Counted from the first letter of the stretch, positions 32,084-42,881 are shown. The stretch: DNA of 64,000 nucleotides from Elusimicrobiota bacterium (GCA_051745145.1 JBNJDT010000002.1:32602-96601), one strand, 5' to 3'. Notes: generated by a model from the sequence alone, not told the origin. Translations and numbers: made by a program.

Positions 32084-34078
32084 TTAAAAAGCTACGGAAG
32101 TCTCTACCATATAGGTCCGACCCGCTCTTTCAATATCCATTTTGGAAGTATCTTCATGGGGATCAAAATATTTTTCATCAAGCAGATTTTTAACAGAAGC
32201 GGTAATATCTAATTTTTTGAGCTTATAATTCAAAGAAAAATCTACAGTAGTATACTGATCTACACTGGAGCCCGCTCTATAGTACTCATTAATTATCTCA
32301 TCTCCTCGGGGACGATCATCTACCCAGTTTACCGTAGTATTTAAATTTACTCCGGAATCAAATCTGTATTCTATTATAGCATTGGCCATATTGGAAGGTA
32401 TATAGTCAAATTTCTCATCGTCTTCTTCATACCGGGCGTCAATGTAGGAGTAATTTGCCTGCAAATCAAGTTTATTCAGAGAGTAATTAACTCTTCCCTC
32501 CACCCCGTTAATAATGGACTTATCGGAAGAATTAATCCATTTGTCATCCTCCTGAATAATTAGATTTTTAATCCGGTTCTGATAGTAGTTTCCCTTAACC
32601 GTAAGATTTTCAGTAAAGGAATAGTCTACTTCAACTTCGGAAGTTTTTATCTCTTCCCGGTCCAGGTCCTTGTTTGCCTCGGTAAAATCCTCTGTCTCAG
32701 TATACATTTCCCTGAAACTGGGGGCCCGGAAAGCCTCCCCGTACATCAATTTAAAATTTAACTTATCCGCCGGCTGAATAACCACGCTGCCCCGGGGACT
32801 AAAAAAACTCCCGTACACTTCGTGTACATCATCCCTTACCCCCAAAGTTATCGCCACCGAATCGTAGGTATTCCAGATATTCTGCAGGTAAAAAGAGTAG
32901 TTCCGGTGTATTTTAGAGGGCATCCAGAAATCAGTATAATCATCAGTTTCTTCTCCGGTAAAACGGTTAATTTCTATATCCTCAACTTGTTCTATCTCTT
33001 CATAATTCATTTCCGTACCCGCTATTACATTGTTATCCAGGGGTAAATCGGCATCCAGCTCCACGCTCCCCCCCAGGGTATAGGATTTTTTAACCGGATA
33101 AACATCAGCATCAACTGTTCCGCTGTCATTAGCCACCTGCCAGAAACTGGTATTGTCATAGTCGTGCCACCAGGCTTTACCGGTTAACTCGACGGGATCA
33201 GCTATATCTTTCTCATATTCCATATCCACAAAAGTGTTTTTGTAATTAAACCAGTTTCTCTCCCAGATATACGAGGGCAGATCCCAGTCCGAATGAAACT
33301 TATGACTGTATTCGATATATTTAGCATTTAATGTGAAATTCTCCAGCGAGTAATTTAGCCAGAAATTATACGACTTGACAGGATCAGACTGCAGACTGTT
33401 TCTTTCAGCATCCTGGGAATATAAAGGCCCGTCACCCTGAGTTTCATACATCCGGCTGAAAATTGAGATATCCCCCGAGCCTACTTTCTGAGAACTCAAT
33501 ACACCCGCGGATGTGGTTTCGTTGTTACCCAGGCCGCCGTAAACTTCAGTTCCCTCTATATCCGATGCTTCTTTTGTTATTATATTTATAACCCCGGCAA
33601 ACGCGTTTGTACCGTACAGAGCGGATCCCGGTCCCCGGATAACCTCAATTCTTTTAATATTTTTTATGGGTAGAAACTCATCTATAAAAGCATGACCGTA
33701 AAATAAATCTTTATGGGGGACGCCGTCAATAAGCAAAAGTACTTTGTCGTTATAAGTGGATTCAGCATTACCCACGCCTCTTACGTGAATTCTTTTCAGA
33801 TGTCTTTCGGAAACAGAGACATAAGTTCCAACCACAGTTTTAAGAGCTTGCGAAATAGAAGTTATGCCCCGGTTCTTTAAATCTTTCGCGCTGATTACAG
33901 TTACTGAGGCAGGTGCATCATCAACAGTCTGCTCTTTTTTAGCGGCGGTCACTACCTGGGGGATATCTTTAAAGAGAAGTTCTTCAGGAGATGATTGGTC
34001 TTCTGCCTTTAAAGTTTGAGAAACGCCGACACCGCCGGAGAAGAAAAAAACCAGTACCCAAAAAATATATTTTTTCAT
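32084..34078 (-). CDS. TonB-dependent outer-membrane receptor
   Basis: Plug motifs (APASVTVIS, LLLIDG, IKRIEVIRGPGSALYG.NA..GVINIIT), FRAPS, NLLD..Y, GRT, terminal Phe. Confidence 0.95.
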   Translation of the reverse strand: MKKYIFWVLVFFFSGGVGVSQTLKAEDQSSPEELLFKDIPQVVTAAKKEQTVDDAPASVTVISAKDLKNRGITSISQALKTVVGTYVSVSERHLKRIHVRGVGNAESTYNDKVLLLIDGVPHKDLFYGHAFIDEFLPIKNIKRIEVIRGPGSALYGTNAFAGVINIITKEASDIEGTEVYGGLGNNETTSAGVLSSQKVGSGDISIFSRMYETQGDGPLYSQDAERNSLQSDPVKSYNFWLNYSLENFTLNAKYIEYSHKFHSDWDLPSYIWERNWFNYKNTFVDMEYEKDIADPVELTGKAWWHDYDNTSFWQVANDSGTVDADVYPVKKSYTLGGSVELDADLPLDNNVIAGTEMNYEEIEQVEDIEINRFTGEETDDYTDFWMPSKIHRNYSFYLQNIWNTYDSVAITLGVRDDVHEVYGSFFSPRGSVVIQPADKLNFKLMYGEAFRAPSFREMYTETEDFTEANKDLDREEIKTSEVEVDYSFTENLTVKGNYYQNRIKNLIIQEDDKWINSSDKSIINGVEGRVNYSLNKLDLQANYSYIDARYEEDDEKFDYIPSNMANAIIEYRFDSGVNLNTTVNWVDDRPRGDEIINEYYRAGSSVDQYTTVDFSLNYKLKKLDITASVKNLLDEKYFDPHEDTSKMDIERAGRTYMVETSVAF

Positions 34079-34113
34079 ATTGCCTCCCGTTTTTCGTAAT
34101 TTACTTAAACTAA

Positions 34114-34142
34114 ATTATAAAAATATTGTATATATTTTGCAA
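34114..34142 (-). promoter_or_regulatory. Sigma70-type promoter of the TBDR-signalling operon
   Basis: TTGCAA-17 nt-TATAAT upstream of SD GGGAGG and ATG 34078. Confidence 0.7.
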
Positions 34143-34287
34143 ATAAAATATACTATTGGGGTTTTATTAAACGTCTTATTTACAGTTATTGTCTCAATGC
34201 TTTAGGCAGGTAAATAAAAATTTTTCTTAATTATGTCTGACGGATTTGGGGGCTATATTTTTGGATAGAGATCAAAATTACAGTAAT

Positions 34288-34363
<76 letters not shown>

Positions 34364-34415
34364 TTACTCAATTTAATATATCAAAACAGTTCTTTCTTAT
34401 CAATACCCGGGCTAA

Positions 34416-34775
34416 CTATTTTTTCTTTTTCTTTTTTAACTTGGTAAGCTGGGCTTTTTTGCCTCTTATTTTATAATCAATTTTTTCAATTTTTTCAGCA
34501 AGTTCTTCCAGCTGAGGAGCTTCTATTTCTTCTTTTTTTAAGAGGGAATAGGCTTTCTCTCCCAGTTCACACACAGCATTTTTTCGATCTTTTTCAAGGG
34601 AAAGCTGTTCAACTTTCACCATACTGGCTTTTGATCCATAAGCTGCTTCTTTTTCAATAGTTTTGGCTAGTTTTCCCGCACGGGATTTAATGTCTTTTAA
34701 AAACTCTTTTGTCTGATCTTGAAAATCTTTTTTCTTTTCTTTATCTACTTTTTTATCTTCTTTCTTTTTATTCAT
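34416..34775 (-). CDS. Hypothetical Lys/Glu-rich coiled-coil protein
   Basis: 119 aa ORF with strong SD AAGGAGGT. Confidence 0.8.
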   Translation of the reverse strand: MNKKKEDKKVDKEKKKDFQDQTKEFLKDIKSRAGKLAKTIEKEAAYGSKASMVKVEQLSLEKDRKNAVCELGEKAYSLLKKEEIEAPQLEELAEKIEKIDYKIRGKKAQLTKLKKKKKK

Positions 34776-34816
34776 AAATATACCTCCTTGTTAGGTTATA
34801 TTTTATTTTATATTTT

Positions 34817-36514
34817 TTAATTGTCAATTCCACTGCCCTCATCGCCTCCACCCTCGCAATCACAAGTTATATTCAATACCTGCTGCTGGCGGCTGTGCTG
34901 TCTGTAGACCGTTATTCCCTTACAACCCGTCCGGTATGCTTTTTTTATGATATTTTCAACCCCTTTTACAGTAAACTTTTCCGGTAAATTAACCGTTTTG
35001 GAAATAGCGTTATCCACAAATCTTTGAAATGCGGCCTGCATTAAAACATGTATCCGGGGATCTATATCCATAGCGGTTACAAAAACTTTTTTTATTATTT
35101 CAGGTATCTCATCTAAATCCTGAAAACCGCCTTTTTCCTTTATCTTTTCAACTATATCCCTCTCGTTTAATTCAAGCTGCTCTAATTTCTGTTTAAAACT
35201 GGGCTCAATCATATCAAATATTTGCCCGTCGTCCATTCTTCTTTCGGCAACCATAGAATACAAAGGTTCTATGCCGCTGGAAGTACCGGCTATAATAGAA
35301 ATAGATCCGGTCGGCGCTATAGTAGTGGTTAAAGCATTCCTCCTATCCCGGGACAGGGAAGATTCATAAAAATTAGGGAAAACTCCTTTTTCTGCAGCAA
35401 GATTCCGGGAAGCTTCATGGGATTTATCCCTTATGAATTTCATTATCCTGCGGGCCAGCCATACAGCTCTGGCCGTATTATAGGGGATTTCCAATTTCAA
35501 AAGCATAGAGGCAAACCCCATAACTCCCAGCCCTATCTTACGGTTGCCGGATACCATCTTTTCTATTTCCGGAAAAGGAAAATCAGACACATCTATGGAA
35601 TTATCTAAAAACCGCACCCCTACTTTTACCGTATGCTCCAGTTTTCCCCAGTCAATATCGTTGTTTTTAACATGATTAGCCAGATTCACCGATCCTAAGA
35701 CACATGCTTCATGGGGGAGCAAGGGCATCTCTCCGCAGGGGTTGGTGGCCTGGATATCACCTAATTTCTTCAGGGGATTGCTATTATTTATTTTATCTAT
35801 AAATATTACTCCGGGTTCACCATTTTCCCAGGCCCCTTTTGCTATGCGCTCAAAGACATATTTTGCTCTTTTTTCGCCTCTTTTTTTACCGTGAACGGGA
35901 AAATACAAATTGTAGTCCTCATCCCTGTTTAAAGAGTCCATAAATTCATCGGTTACAGCTACTGAAATGTTAAAATTATTTAACTTATGTTCCTGTTTTT
36001 TTGCTGTTATAAAAGTGTCCACGTCCGGATGGTCCACTCTCAGTATTCCCATATTCGCTCCCCGGCGTTTTCCGCCCTGCCTGACGGCGTGGGTTGCTTT
36101 ATCGTATACCTCCATAAATGAGACCGGTCCGGTAGCTATACCCCCGCTTTTTCTAACCGGGTACCCTTGGGGACGTATATTAGAAAACGAAAATCCGGTT
36201 CCTCCGCCTGATTGATGGGTAATAGCCGCTTTCTTTAAAGTCTCAAAAATGGATTCCATATCATCTTCAATGGGATAAACAAAGCAGGCGGCCAGCTGGG
36301 GCATTCCCGTGCCCGCATTCATAAGGCAGGGGGAATTGGGCAGAAAATCAAGATTATTCATAACCTCAAAAAATTCTTTATTCCACCGGGCCCGGTCGTT
36401 AGTCTCCACATCGGAGATAAAACCGGCAACTCTTTTGAACATATCCTCCGGTGTCTCCCCGTTTCTCAGGTATCTATCCCGGAGAAGATTTTTAGCTAAG
36501 GGAGTATACTTCAC
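34817..36514 (-). CDS. nrdJ: Adenosylcobalamin-dependent (class II) ribonucleotide reductase, compact form
   Basis: PNSP.LMNAG, AACF, RQGGKRRGA, TNPCGE, IAPTG, ISKTVN, CKGITVYR. Confidence 0.93.
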   Translation of the reverse strand: MKYTPLAKNLLRDRYLRNGETPEDMFKRVAGFISDVETNDRARWNKEFFEVMNNLDFLPNSPCLMNAGTGMPQLAACFVYPIEDDMESIFETLKKAAITHQSGGGTGFSFSNIRPQGYPVRKSGGIATGPVSFMEVYDKATHAVRQGGKRRGANMGILRVDHPDVDTFITAKKQEHKLNNFNISVAVTDEFMDSLNRDEDYNLYFPVHGKKRGEKRAKYVFERIAKGAWENGEPGVIFIDKINNSNPLKKLGDIQATNPCGEMPLLPHEACVLGSVNLANHVKNNDIDWGKLEHTVKVGVRFLDNSIDVSDFPFPEIEKMVSGNRKIGLGVMGFASMLLKLEIPYNTARAVWLARRIMKFIRDKSHEASRNLAAEKGVFPNFYESSLSRDRRNALTTTIAPTGSISIIAGTSSGIEPLYSMVAERRMDDGQIFDMIEPSFKQKLEQLELNERDIVEKIKEKGGFQDLDEIPEIIKKVFVTAMDIDPRIHVLMQAAFQRFVDNAISKTVNLPEKFTVKGVENIIKKAYRTGCKGITVYRQHSRQQQVLNITCDCEGGGDEGSGIDN

Positions 36515-37167
36515 AATCTCATCTCCTCAATGGGAGCCCAGTTTCTGGAGATCCTTGTACCCTCGGGTAGGGAATAATTTTTTTTATAGTAAGTTCTCAA
36601 GAATTTTTCAGTAACTTTATTGGCGTAACCCGATACATATTCATATCCCGCCTTTTCGCATAACTCTTTTACCCTGTAATCTCTCTCTAATTTTGCCTTT
36701 ATCGAGGCTAAAGATACCGGAGGGAATTTTATATCCGCCTTGGGTTCATACACAAATCCGTGATGCCAGAACCCCAGTTTTTTTAAAAAATTTTCTCTTT
36801 TCATTGCTCCCAGCTGTTCTATATATACATTTTCAACTTCTTTCCAGTTGAGTTCATCCAGAATTTCAACTACCGCCCCTACATGCAGATCATACATATT
36901 ATTTCTGTCAATTTCCCGGGCCGGAATTTTTACATGATGATGTTTTATAATCTGTTTATTCCCATGAACCTGGTTCCAGACATTCTCTCTCTTTTGGTGT
37001 GCTCTTGTGCCACTGCCGAACTTTTTAGAATCTTTAACCCCCAATTTTTTGAGGGCGGGTTCATCTTCAGTTTTAATTAAAACTCCGCTTACCACCAGAG
37101 GACCAAAAACCGGGCCCATTCCCGCTTCATCGATACCTATTGAAAATTTTTGATCTGTTTTGTTCAT
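36511..37167 (-). CDS. rnhB: Ribonuclease HII (archaeal-like, variant motifs)
   Basis: GIDEAGMGP..GPLV, GVKDSKK, KAD....VS.ASI.AK, SGY. Confidence 0.88.
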   Translation of the reverse strand: MNKTDQKFSIGIDEAGMGPVFGPLVVSGVLIKTEDEPALKKLGVKDSKKFGSGTRAHQKRENVWNQVHGNKQIIKHHHVKIPAREIDRNNMYDLHVGAVVEILDELNWKEVENVYIEQLGAMKRENFLKKLGFWHHGFVYEPKADIKFPPVSLASIKAKLERDYRVKELCEKAGYEYVSGYANKVTEKFLRTYYKKNYSLPEGTRISRNWAPIEEMRL

Positions 37168-37270
37168 AAACTTGATTTAATTTTATAATATAATACAATA
37201 TTTTCAAATTGTATGGTTTTAATAAGTTATAAGAAATACACATATACAACAGAAAAAAGGAGTTAATTTA

Positions 37271-38737
37271 ATGACCAGTAAAGAACAAGTTTTGGAAAAC
37301 ACAGTTAAACGGGCTCAGGAAAGGGATATCATAATTCCCACTTACGAGCAGATGAGAAATCCGGAGAAAATTCCCGCAGGAATAAAAGAAGAATTACAAG
37401 ATATAGGTCTTTGGGATATAAACCCGAGAAACCTGTTTAGAATAACCTGGAAAAACGAACCCGTTAAACACGGCGGTGGTTTCGGAGGAATAAATTATAT
37501 GGAAATCCCCAAAGAACTTTCCGGTGTAGATGCCAGGATAATTGTCTTGATAGGTAAATATTTTCCCACCGGTGCTCATAAAGTAGGAGCCACTTTTGGC
37601 CCCTTGGTTTCCAGACTGATTTCCGGTGAATTCGACCCCACAACTCAAAAAGCAGTATGGCCGTCCACGGGCAACTACTGCCGGGGCGGAGCTTACGATG
37701 CGTCTTTACTGGCCTGTCCCTCTATTGCGATTTTACCAGAAGAAATGTCCCAGGAGAGATTTGAATGGTTAGAGGAAGTGGGAGCAGAAATTTTTGCCAC
37801 TCCCGGGTGCGAAAGTAATGTTAAAGAAATATATGATAAATGCCATGAACTCAAAGCCGAAAGAGGTGATGAGATTGTCATACTCAACCAGTTTGACGAA
37901 ATAGGTAACGCTATATGGCACTATGCGGTAACCGGAAATGCAATGGAAGAAGTATTTTACAACGAAAAAGAAAAAGACCAGCGTTTTTCAGCGGTCTGCC
38001 TCACTCAGGGTTCCGCAGGTACTCTCGGTTCAGGAGAATATTTAAAGGAAAAATTCCCTAAAATTAAAGTTGCCGCAGGAGAAGCGCTTCAGTGTCCTAC
38101 ATTACTTTACAACGGATACGGGGGACACAGAATTGAGGGTATAGGAGACAAACACGTTCCCTGGATACATAATCTAAAACACACTGATATGGTTGTTGAT
38201 ATAGATGATAACGCTACTATCGATTTAATGCGTCTCTTTAACGAACCCGAAGGTCAAAAATACCTAAAATCAATTGGCGTACCCGATGAGACAGTTGAAA
38301 AATTATCTTTGCTGGGTATCTCTTCAATTGCCAATATTCAAAGCTGTATAAAGACGGCAAAATACTATGAATACAACGATAATGATATGCTTTTTACGGT
38401 AGCTACCGATTCTATGGAAATGTACGATTCCAGGATGAAAGAATACAGGGAAAAAGACGGTAAATATACTGAGAAAGATGCTTCTACTGATTACGGAAAA
38501 CATATAGACAATGCCAGTATTGAGCATATGCTGGAAACTTCTTATTACGATAAAAAAAGAATGCACAATCTGAAATACTTCACCTGGGTTGAACAGCAGG
38601 GTAAAGAAGTTGAAGAATTAAATGCCCAGTGGTACGAAGATGATTACTGGACAAAACAGTTTCAATCTTTTAAAGAATGGGACGCAAAAATAAAAGAGTT
38701 CAACGAAAGAACCGGACTTTTAAAAAAATATCAGTGA
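37271..38737 (+). CDS. PLP-dependent enzyme, fold type II (cysteine synthase / threonine dehydratase superfamily), long form
   Basis: PTGAHKVG (PLP Lys), PSTGNY, MSQER, NQF, GSAGT, HRIEGIG; SD AAGGAG. Confidence 0.88.
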   Translation: MTSKEQVLENTVKRAQERDIIIPTYEQMRNPEKIPAGIKEELQDIGLWDINPRNLFRITWKNEPVKHGGGFGGINYMEIPKELSGVDARIIVLIGKYFPTGAHKVGATFGPLVSRLISGEFDPTTQKAVWPSTGNYCRGGAYDASLLACPSIAILPEEMSQERFEWLEEVGAEIFATPGCESNVKEIYDKCHELKAERGDEIVILNQFDEIGNAIWHYAVTGNAMEEVFYNEKEKDQRFSAVCLTQGSAGTLGSGEYLKEKFPKIKVAAGEALQCPTLLYNGYGGHRIEGIGDKHVPWIHNLKHTDMVVDIDDNATIDLMRLFNEPEGQKYLKSIGVPDETVEKLSLLGISSIANIQSCIKTAKYYEYNDNDMLFTVATDSMEMYDSRMKEYREKDGKYTEKDASTDYGKHIDNASIEHMLETSYYDKKRMHNLKYFTWVEQQGKEVEELNAQWYEDDYWTKQFQSFKEWDAKIKEFNERTGLLKKYQ

Positions 38738-38740
38738 CCA

Positions 38741-39898
38741 ATTAGTTCAAAAAAAATAAATTTTATTTTACTGATACTCAGCGGAATACTTTCTAAAATT
38801 TCATGGGATATTTTGGTCCCTGTGCTGCCTCCGCGCATATTAAATATTGTAGGATCGGCAACCCTTACCGGTATTATAATGGGCAGCGCCCCGGTACTTA
38901 CATTAGTTTTCAGAAAAACTATCAGTGAATATATTCGCAGTTACGGCTCCAAAGTCTTTATAATTACAGGAATTATAATGGCTCTTGCAGGCAGTGCCGG
39001 GTTTGCAATATCTGATAATTTCTGGACTCTGCTTTTAGCCCGGACCGTTCAGGGGAGCGGTCTCATACTTTTCTTTTTCTCTTCTCTCTCCCTGGTCACA
39101 CATCTTATACCTGCCGGCAAAAGAGGTCAGCTCTACGGAATTTACACCATAATATTTATCCTGCCACTGCTCTTTTCTCCGTTAATAGGTACTTATGTTG
39201 TAGATAATTTCAGCTTCTTTCACCTTATAGTTATTTCCGTATCCTGCTTAACTGCCTCTCTTTTGCTTGCTTTGAATATCCGTGAGAAAGAAAAAAAATA
39301 TGTCAAGCGCAGTCCGGACAAAAATAGTTTAACGGCCCTTTTGAAAAATAAAAAAGCTTTAATTGCTCTTATTCTCACACTTATAATAATTACCGGGGAC
39401 GCCGGAATACTTACTTTCTTACCGATAGCCGCCGAACTGCACCACTTAGAAAAATTTTCACTGTATTTTACATTTTTTGCCGGTTCTACGATAATACTCA
39501 GGTTAACTCTGGGTAAATATTTTGACCGCTTCTCCAGAAAAAAGATTATTTTTACAGGGGTCCTTTTCTTATGTGCCGGACTGTTTATGCTCTCAAAGGT
39601 AACTTTTAACTTTTTAATAGCCGGAGCTGTCGTTTACGGCATAGGGTATGGAATTACCGATTCAAATTTGTTACCATACTTACTGAAAGTATTAAAAAAT
39701 AGCCCCAGCGAATCGGTAGTAGCTCTTTACAGTATTTCATTTGACTGCGGCTATCTTTTTGGACCTTTATTTTTAGGCGCAGTTGCAGAAAAAACCAGTT
39801 ACCCGATTTTATTTAAATTACTGGGAATTACTATATTTTTAACCGGAATAGTTTTTATGATGCTAAACAGGAAAAAACATAATGATATACCTGGATAA
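38741..39898 (+). CDS. MFS transporter (start ambiguous)
   Basis: About 12 TM pattern, ARTVQGSG, KRGQLYG, GKYFDRFSRK. The open frame and first TM extend upstream of TTG 38813. Confidence 0.85.
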   Translation: MSSKKINFILLILSGILSKISWDILVPVLPPRILNIVGSATLTGIIMGSAPVLTLVFRKTISEYIRSYGSKVFIITGIIMALAGSAGFAISDNFWTLLLARTVQGSGLILFFFSSLSLVTHLIPAGKRGQLYGIYTIIFILPLLFSPLIGTYVVDNFSFFHLIVISVSCLTASLLLALNIREKEKKYVKRSPDKNSLTALLKNKKALIALILTLIIITGDAGILTFLPIAAELHHLEKFSLYFTFFAGSTIILRLTLGKYFDRFSRKKIIFTGVLFLCAGLFMLSKVTFNFLIAGAVVYGIGYGITDSNLLPYLLKVLKNSPSESVVALYSISFDCGYLFGPLFLGAVAEKTSYPILFKLLGITIFLTGIVFMMLNRKKHNDIPG

Positions 39899-41018
39899 CG
39901 CCGCTACAAGTTATCCCAAGCCCCCCGTGGTTTCACGGGATATTAAAACTTACCTGGATGAGTACGGGGTATCTTCGGGAAGAAGCGCTTACCCGGCAGC
40001 GGTAAAAACTTCAAAGATACTTTTTAATTGCCGGGAGGCCCTGGCCCGATTTTTTAACATACCCCATTCCTCCCGGGTGGTCTTTACCTTAAATGCTACC
40101 TACGGGATCAATACCGCTTTAAAAGGATTTTTAAATAAAGATGATGAGGTTCTCACTTCTTCTGTAGAACACAACGCAGTAATGAGACCGTTAAACTTCT
40201 TAAAAAAAACTAAAAACATAAAAATTAAAAAAGTTAAATGTGATTCCCGGGGCTACTTAAATTTAGATGATTTTAAGAAAAAATTAGATCCCAATAATGT
40301 GAAACTGGTTGTAATAAATCACGCATCCAATGTTACAGGAGCCGTACAAAATATAAAGCCCATCGGTAAAATATGCCGGGCAAAGAAAATACCTTTTATG
40401 GTAGATGCCGCCCAGACTGCGGGCTCCTTGCCCATTGATGTGGCCGGGGACCACATTGATATTATGGCTTTTTCGGGACATAAAAGTCTTATGGGGCCTA
40501 CAGGCGTGGGGGCTCTTTATGTAAAAAAAGGACTGGAGTTTCCACCGTTATGTCAGGGGGGGACAGGCTCAAAATCAGAGAAAGAGATACAGCCCGATTT
40601 CTGGCCCGATAAAATGGAAAGCGGCACTTTAAATATTTGTCCTATCGTCGGTTTAAACGCCGCATTAAAATATTTCGACAAAAAAGGTTTCTCAAACCTG
40701 CTCCATAAAAAAAAGAAAATTACCGGTTACCTGTTAGACTCACTTAAAAATTTAAGTAATGTCACAGTACACGGACCCAAAGAAAATAAAAACCGGACTG
40801 CTGCGGTCTCTGTTACCATAAAGGATATCATGCCCTCTAAAGTTTCCCGTAAATTAAGCTCAAAAAATATATGCGTAAGAGTAGGACTTCATTGCGCCCC
40901 GGGGGCCCACAAGACAATAGGTACCCTTCCCCAGGGAACTGTCCGAATAACGCCGGGATATTTTTCAAAAAAATCTCACATAGATAAGTTAATCCGGGTT
41001 TTAGAGAATATAACATGA
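39882..41018 (+). CDS. Cysteine desulfurase family protein (class V aminotransferase)
   Basis: IYLDNAATS.PKP, EHNAV.RP, HASNVTG, DAAQ, GHK, RVGLHCAP catalytic Cys. Confidence 0.93.
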   Translation: MIYLDNAATSYPKPPVVSRDIKTYLDEYGVSSGRSAYPAAVKTSKILFNCREALARFFNIPHSSRVVFTLNATYGINTALKGFLNKDDEVLTSSVEHNAVMRPLNFLKKTKNIKIKKVKCDSRGYLNLDDFKKKLDPNNVKLVVINHASNVTGAVQNIKPIGKICRAKKIPFMVDAAQTAGSLPIDVAGDHIDIMAFSGHKSLMGPTGVGALYVKKGLEFPPLCQGGTGSKSEKEIQPDFWPDKMESGTLNICPIVGLNAALKYFDKKGFSNLLHKKKKITGYLLDSLKNLSNVTVHGPKENKNRTAAVSVTIKDIMPSKVSRKLSSKNICVRVGLHCAPGAHKTIGTLPQGTVRITPGYFSKKSHIDKLIRVLENIT

Positions 41019-41236
41019 AAAAATTTCTGATAACCTTTGACAGTACCCATCAGGTTTTAAAGGCGGAAAAAAAGCTGAAAGAAAAGTTTAAAGAAGTAAC
41101 CACCATACCCACTCCCGAAGAACTTTCCTCGGACTGTGGGGTCTCGCTGCAACTTACAACTTCCAAAAATAAGGAAGAAACCCTGAAAATACTTACTGAT
41201 TCAGGTACAACTTACAATAATATATTACAGGATTAA
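41015..41236 (+). CDS. DUF3343 small protein (putative S/Se carrier)
   Basis: ITFDSTH..LKAEK.L...IPTP..LSSDCG.SL signature. Confidence 0.85.
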   Translation: MKKFLITFDSTHQVLKAEKKLKEKFKEVTTIPTPEELSSDCGVSLQLTTSKNKEETLKILTDSGTTYNNILQD

Positions 41237-41261
41237 TTTTTTATATCTAAATATCTTTCTA

Positions 41262-41548
41262 TTAACTGTCCGGTTTTTCTTCTACCAGATAAAATTTCAT
41301 CTCTTCCGGCTCAACAAGACCTAACCTTTTTCTGGCTATATATTTTATATAATCTTCTTCGTTTTTTACCCACTCCAGTTCTTTTTCCAGCCGGTCATTC
41401 TCTTCTTTTAGCATACTCAATTTTTTCTCATAAAAATTTATATCTTCATTAAGATTAAATATAGTTTTAAAATTCGATCCGGAAAACAGTACTACAATGG
41501 CTACTCCGGCAACCACTATATAAATAAATTTTCGGTACGAGCGATCCA

Positions 41549-41549
<1 letters not shown>
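41262..41549 (-). CDS. ftsB: Septum formation initiator (FtsB/DivIC)
   Basis: TM + coiled coil + AR..LGL..P.E; directly after eno. Confidence 0.88.
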
Positions 41550-42871
<1,322 letters not shown>

Positions 42872-42881
42872 TTACTGTATC

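Noticed and set aside
34079-34287. Cobalamin riboswitch or Fur box upstream of the TBDR
   Set aside because: No B12-box or GATAATGATAATCATTATC-like sequence; the predicted leader is too short.
37168-37270. NrdR boxes upstream of rnhB-nrdJ
   Set aside because: Only weak AT-rich partial matches; no convincing tandem boxes.
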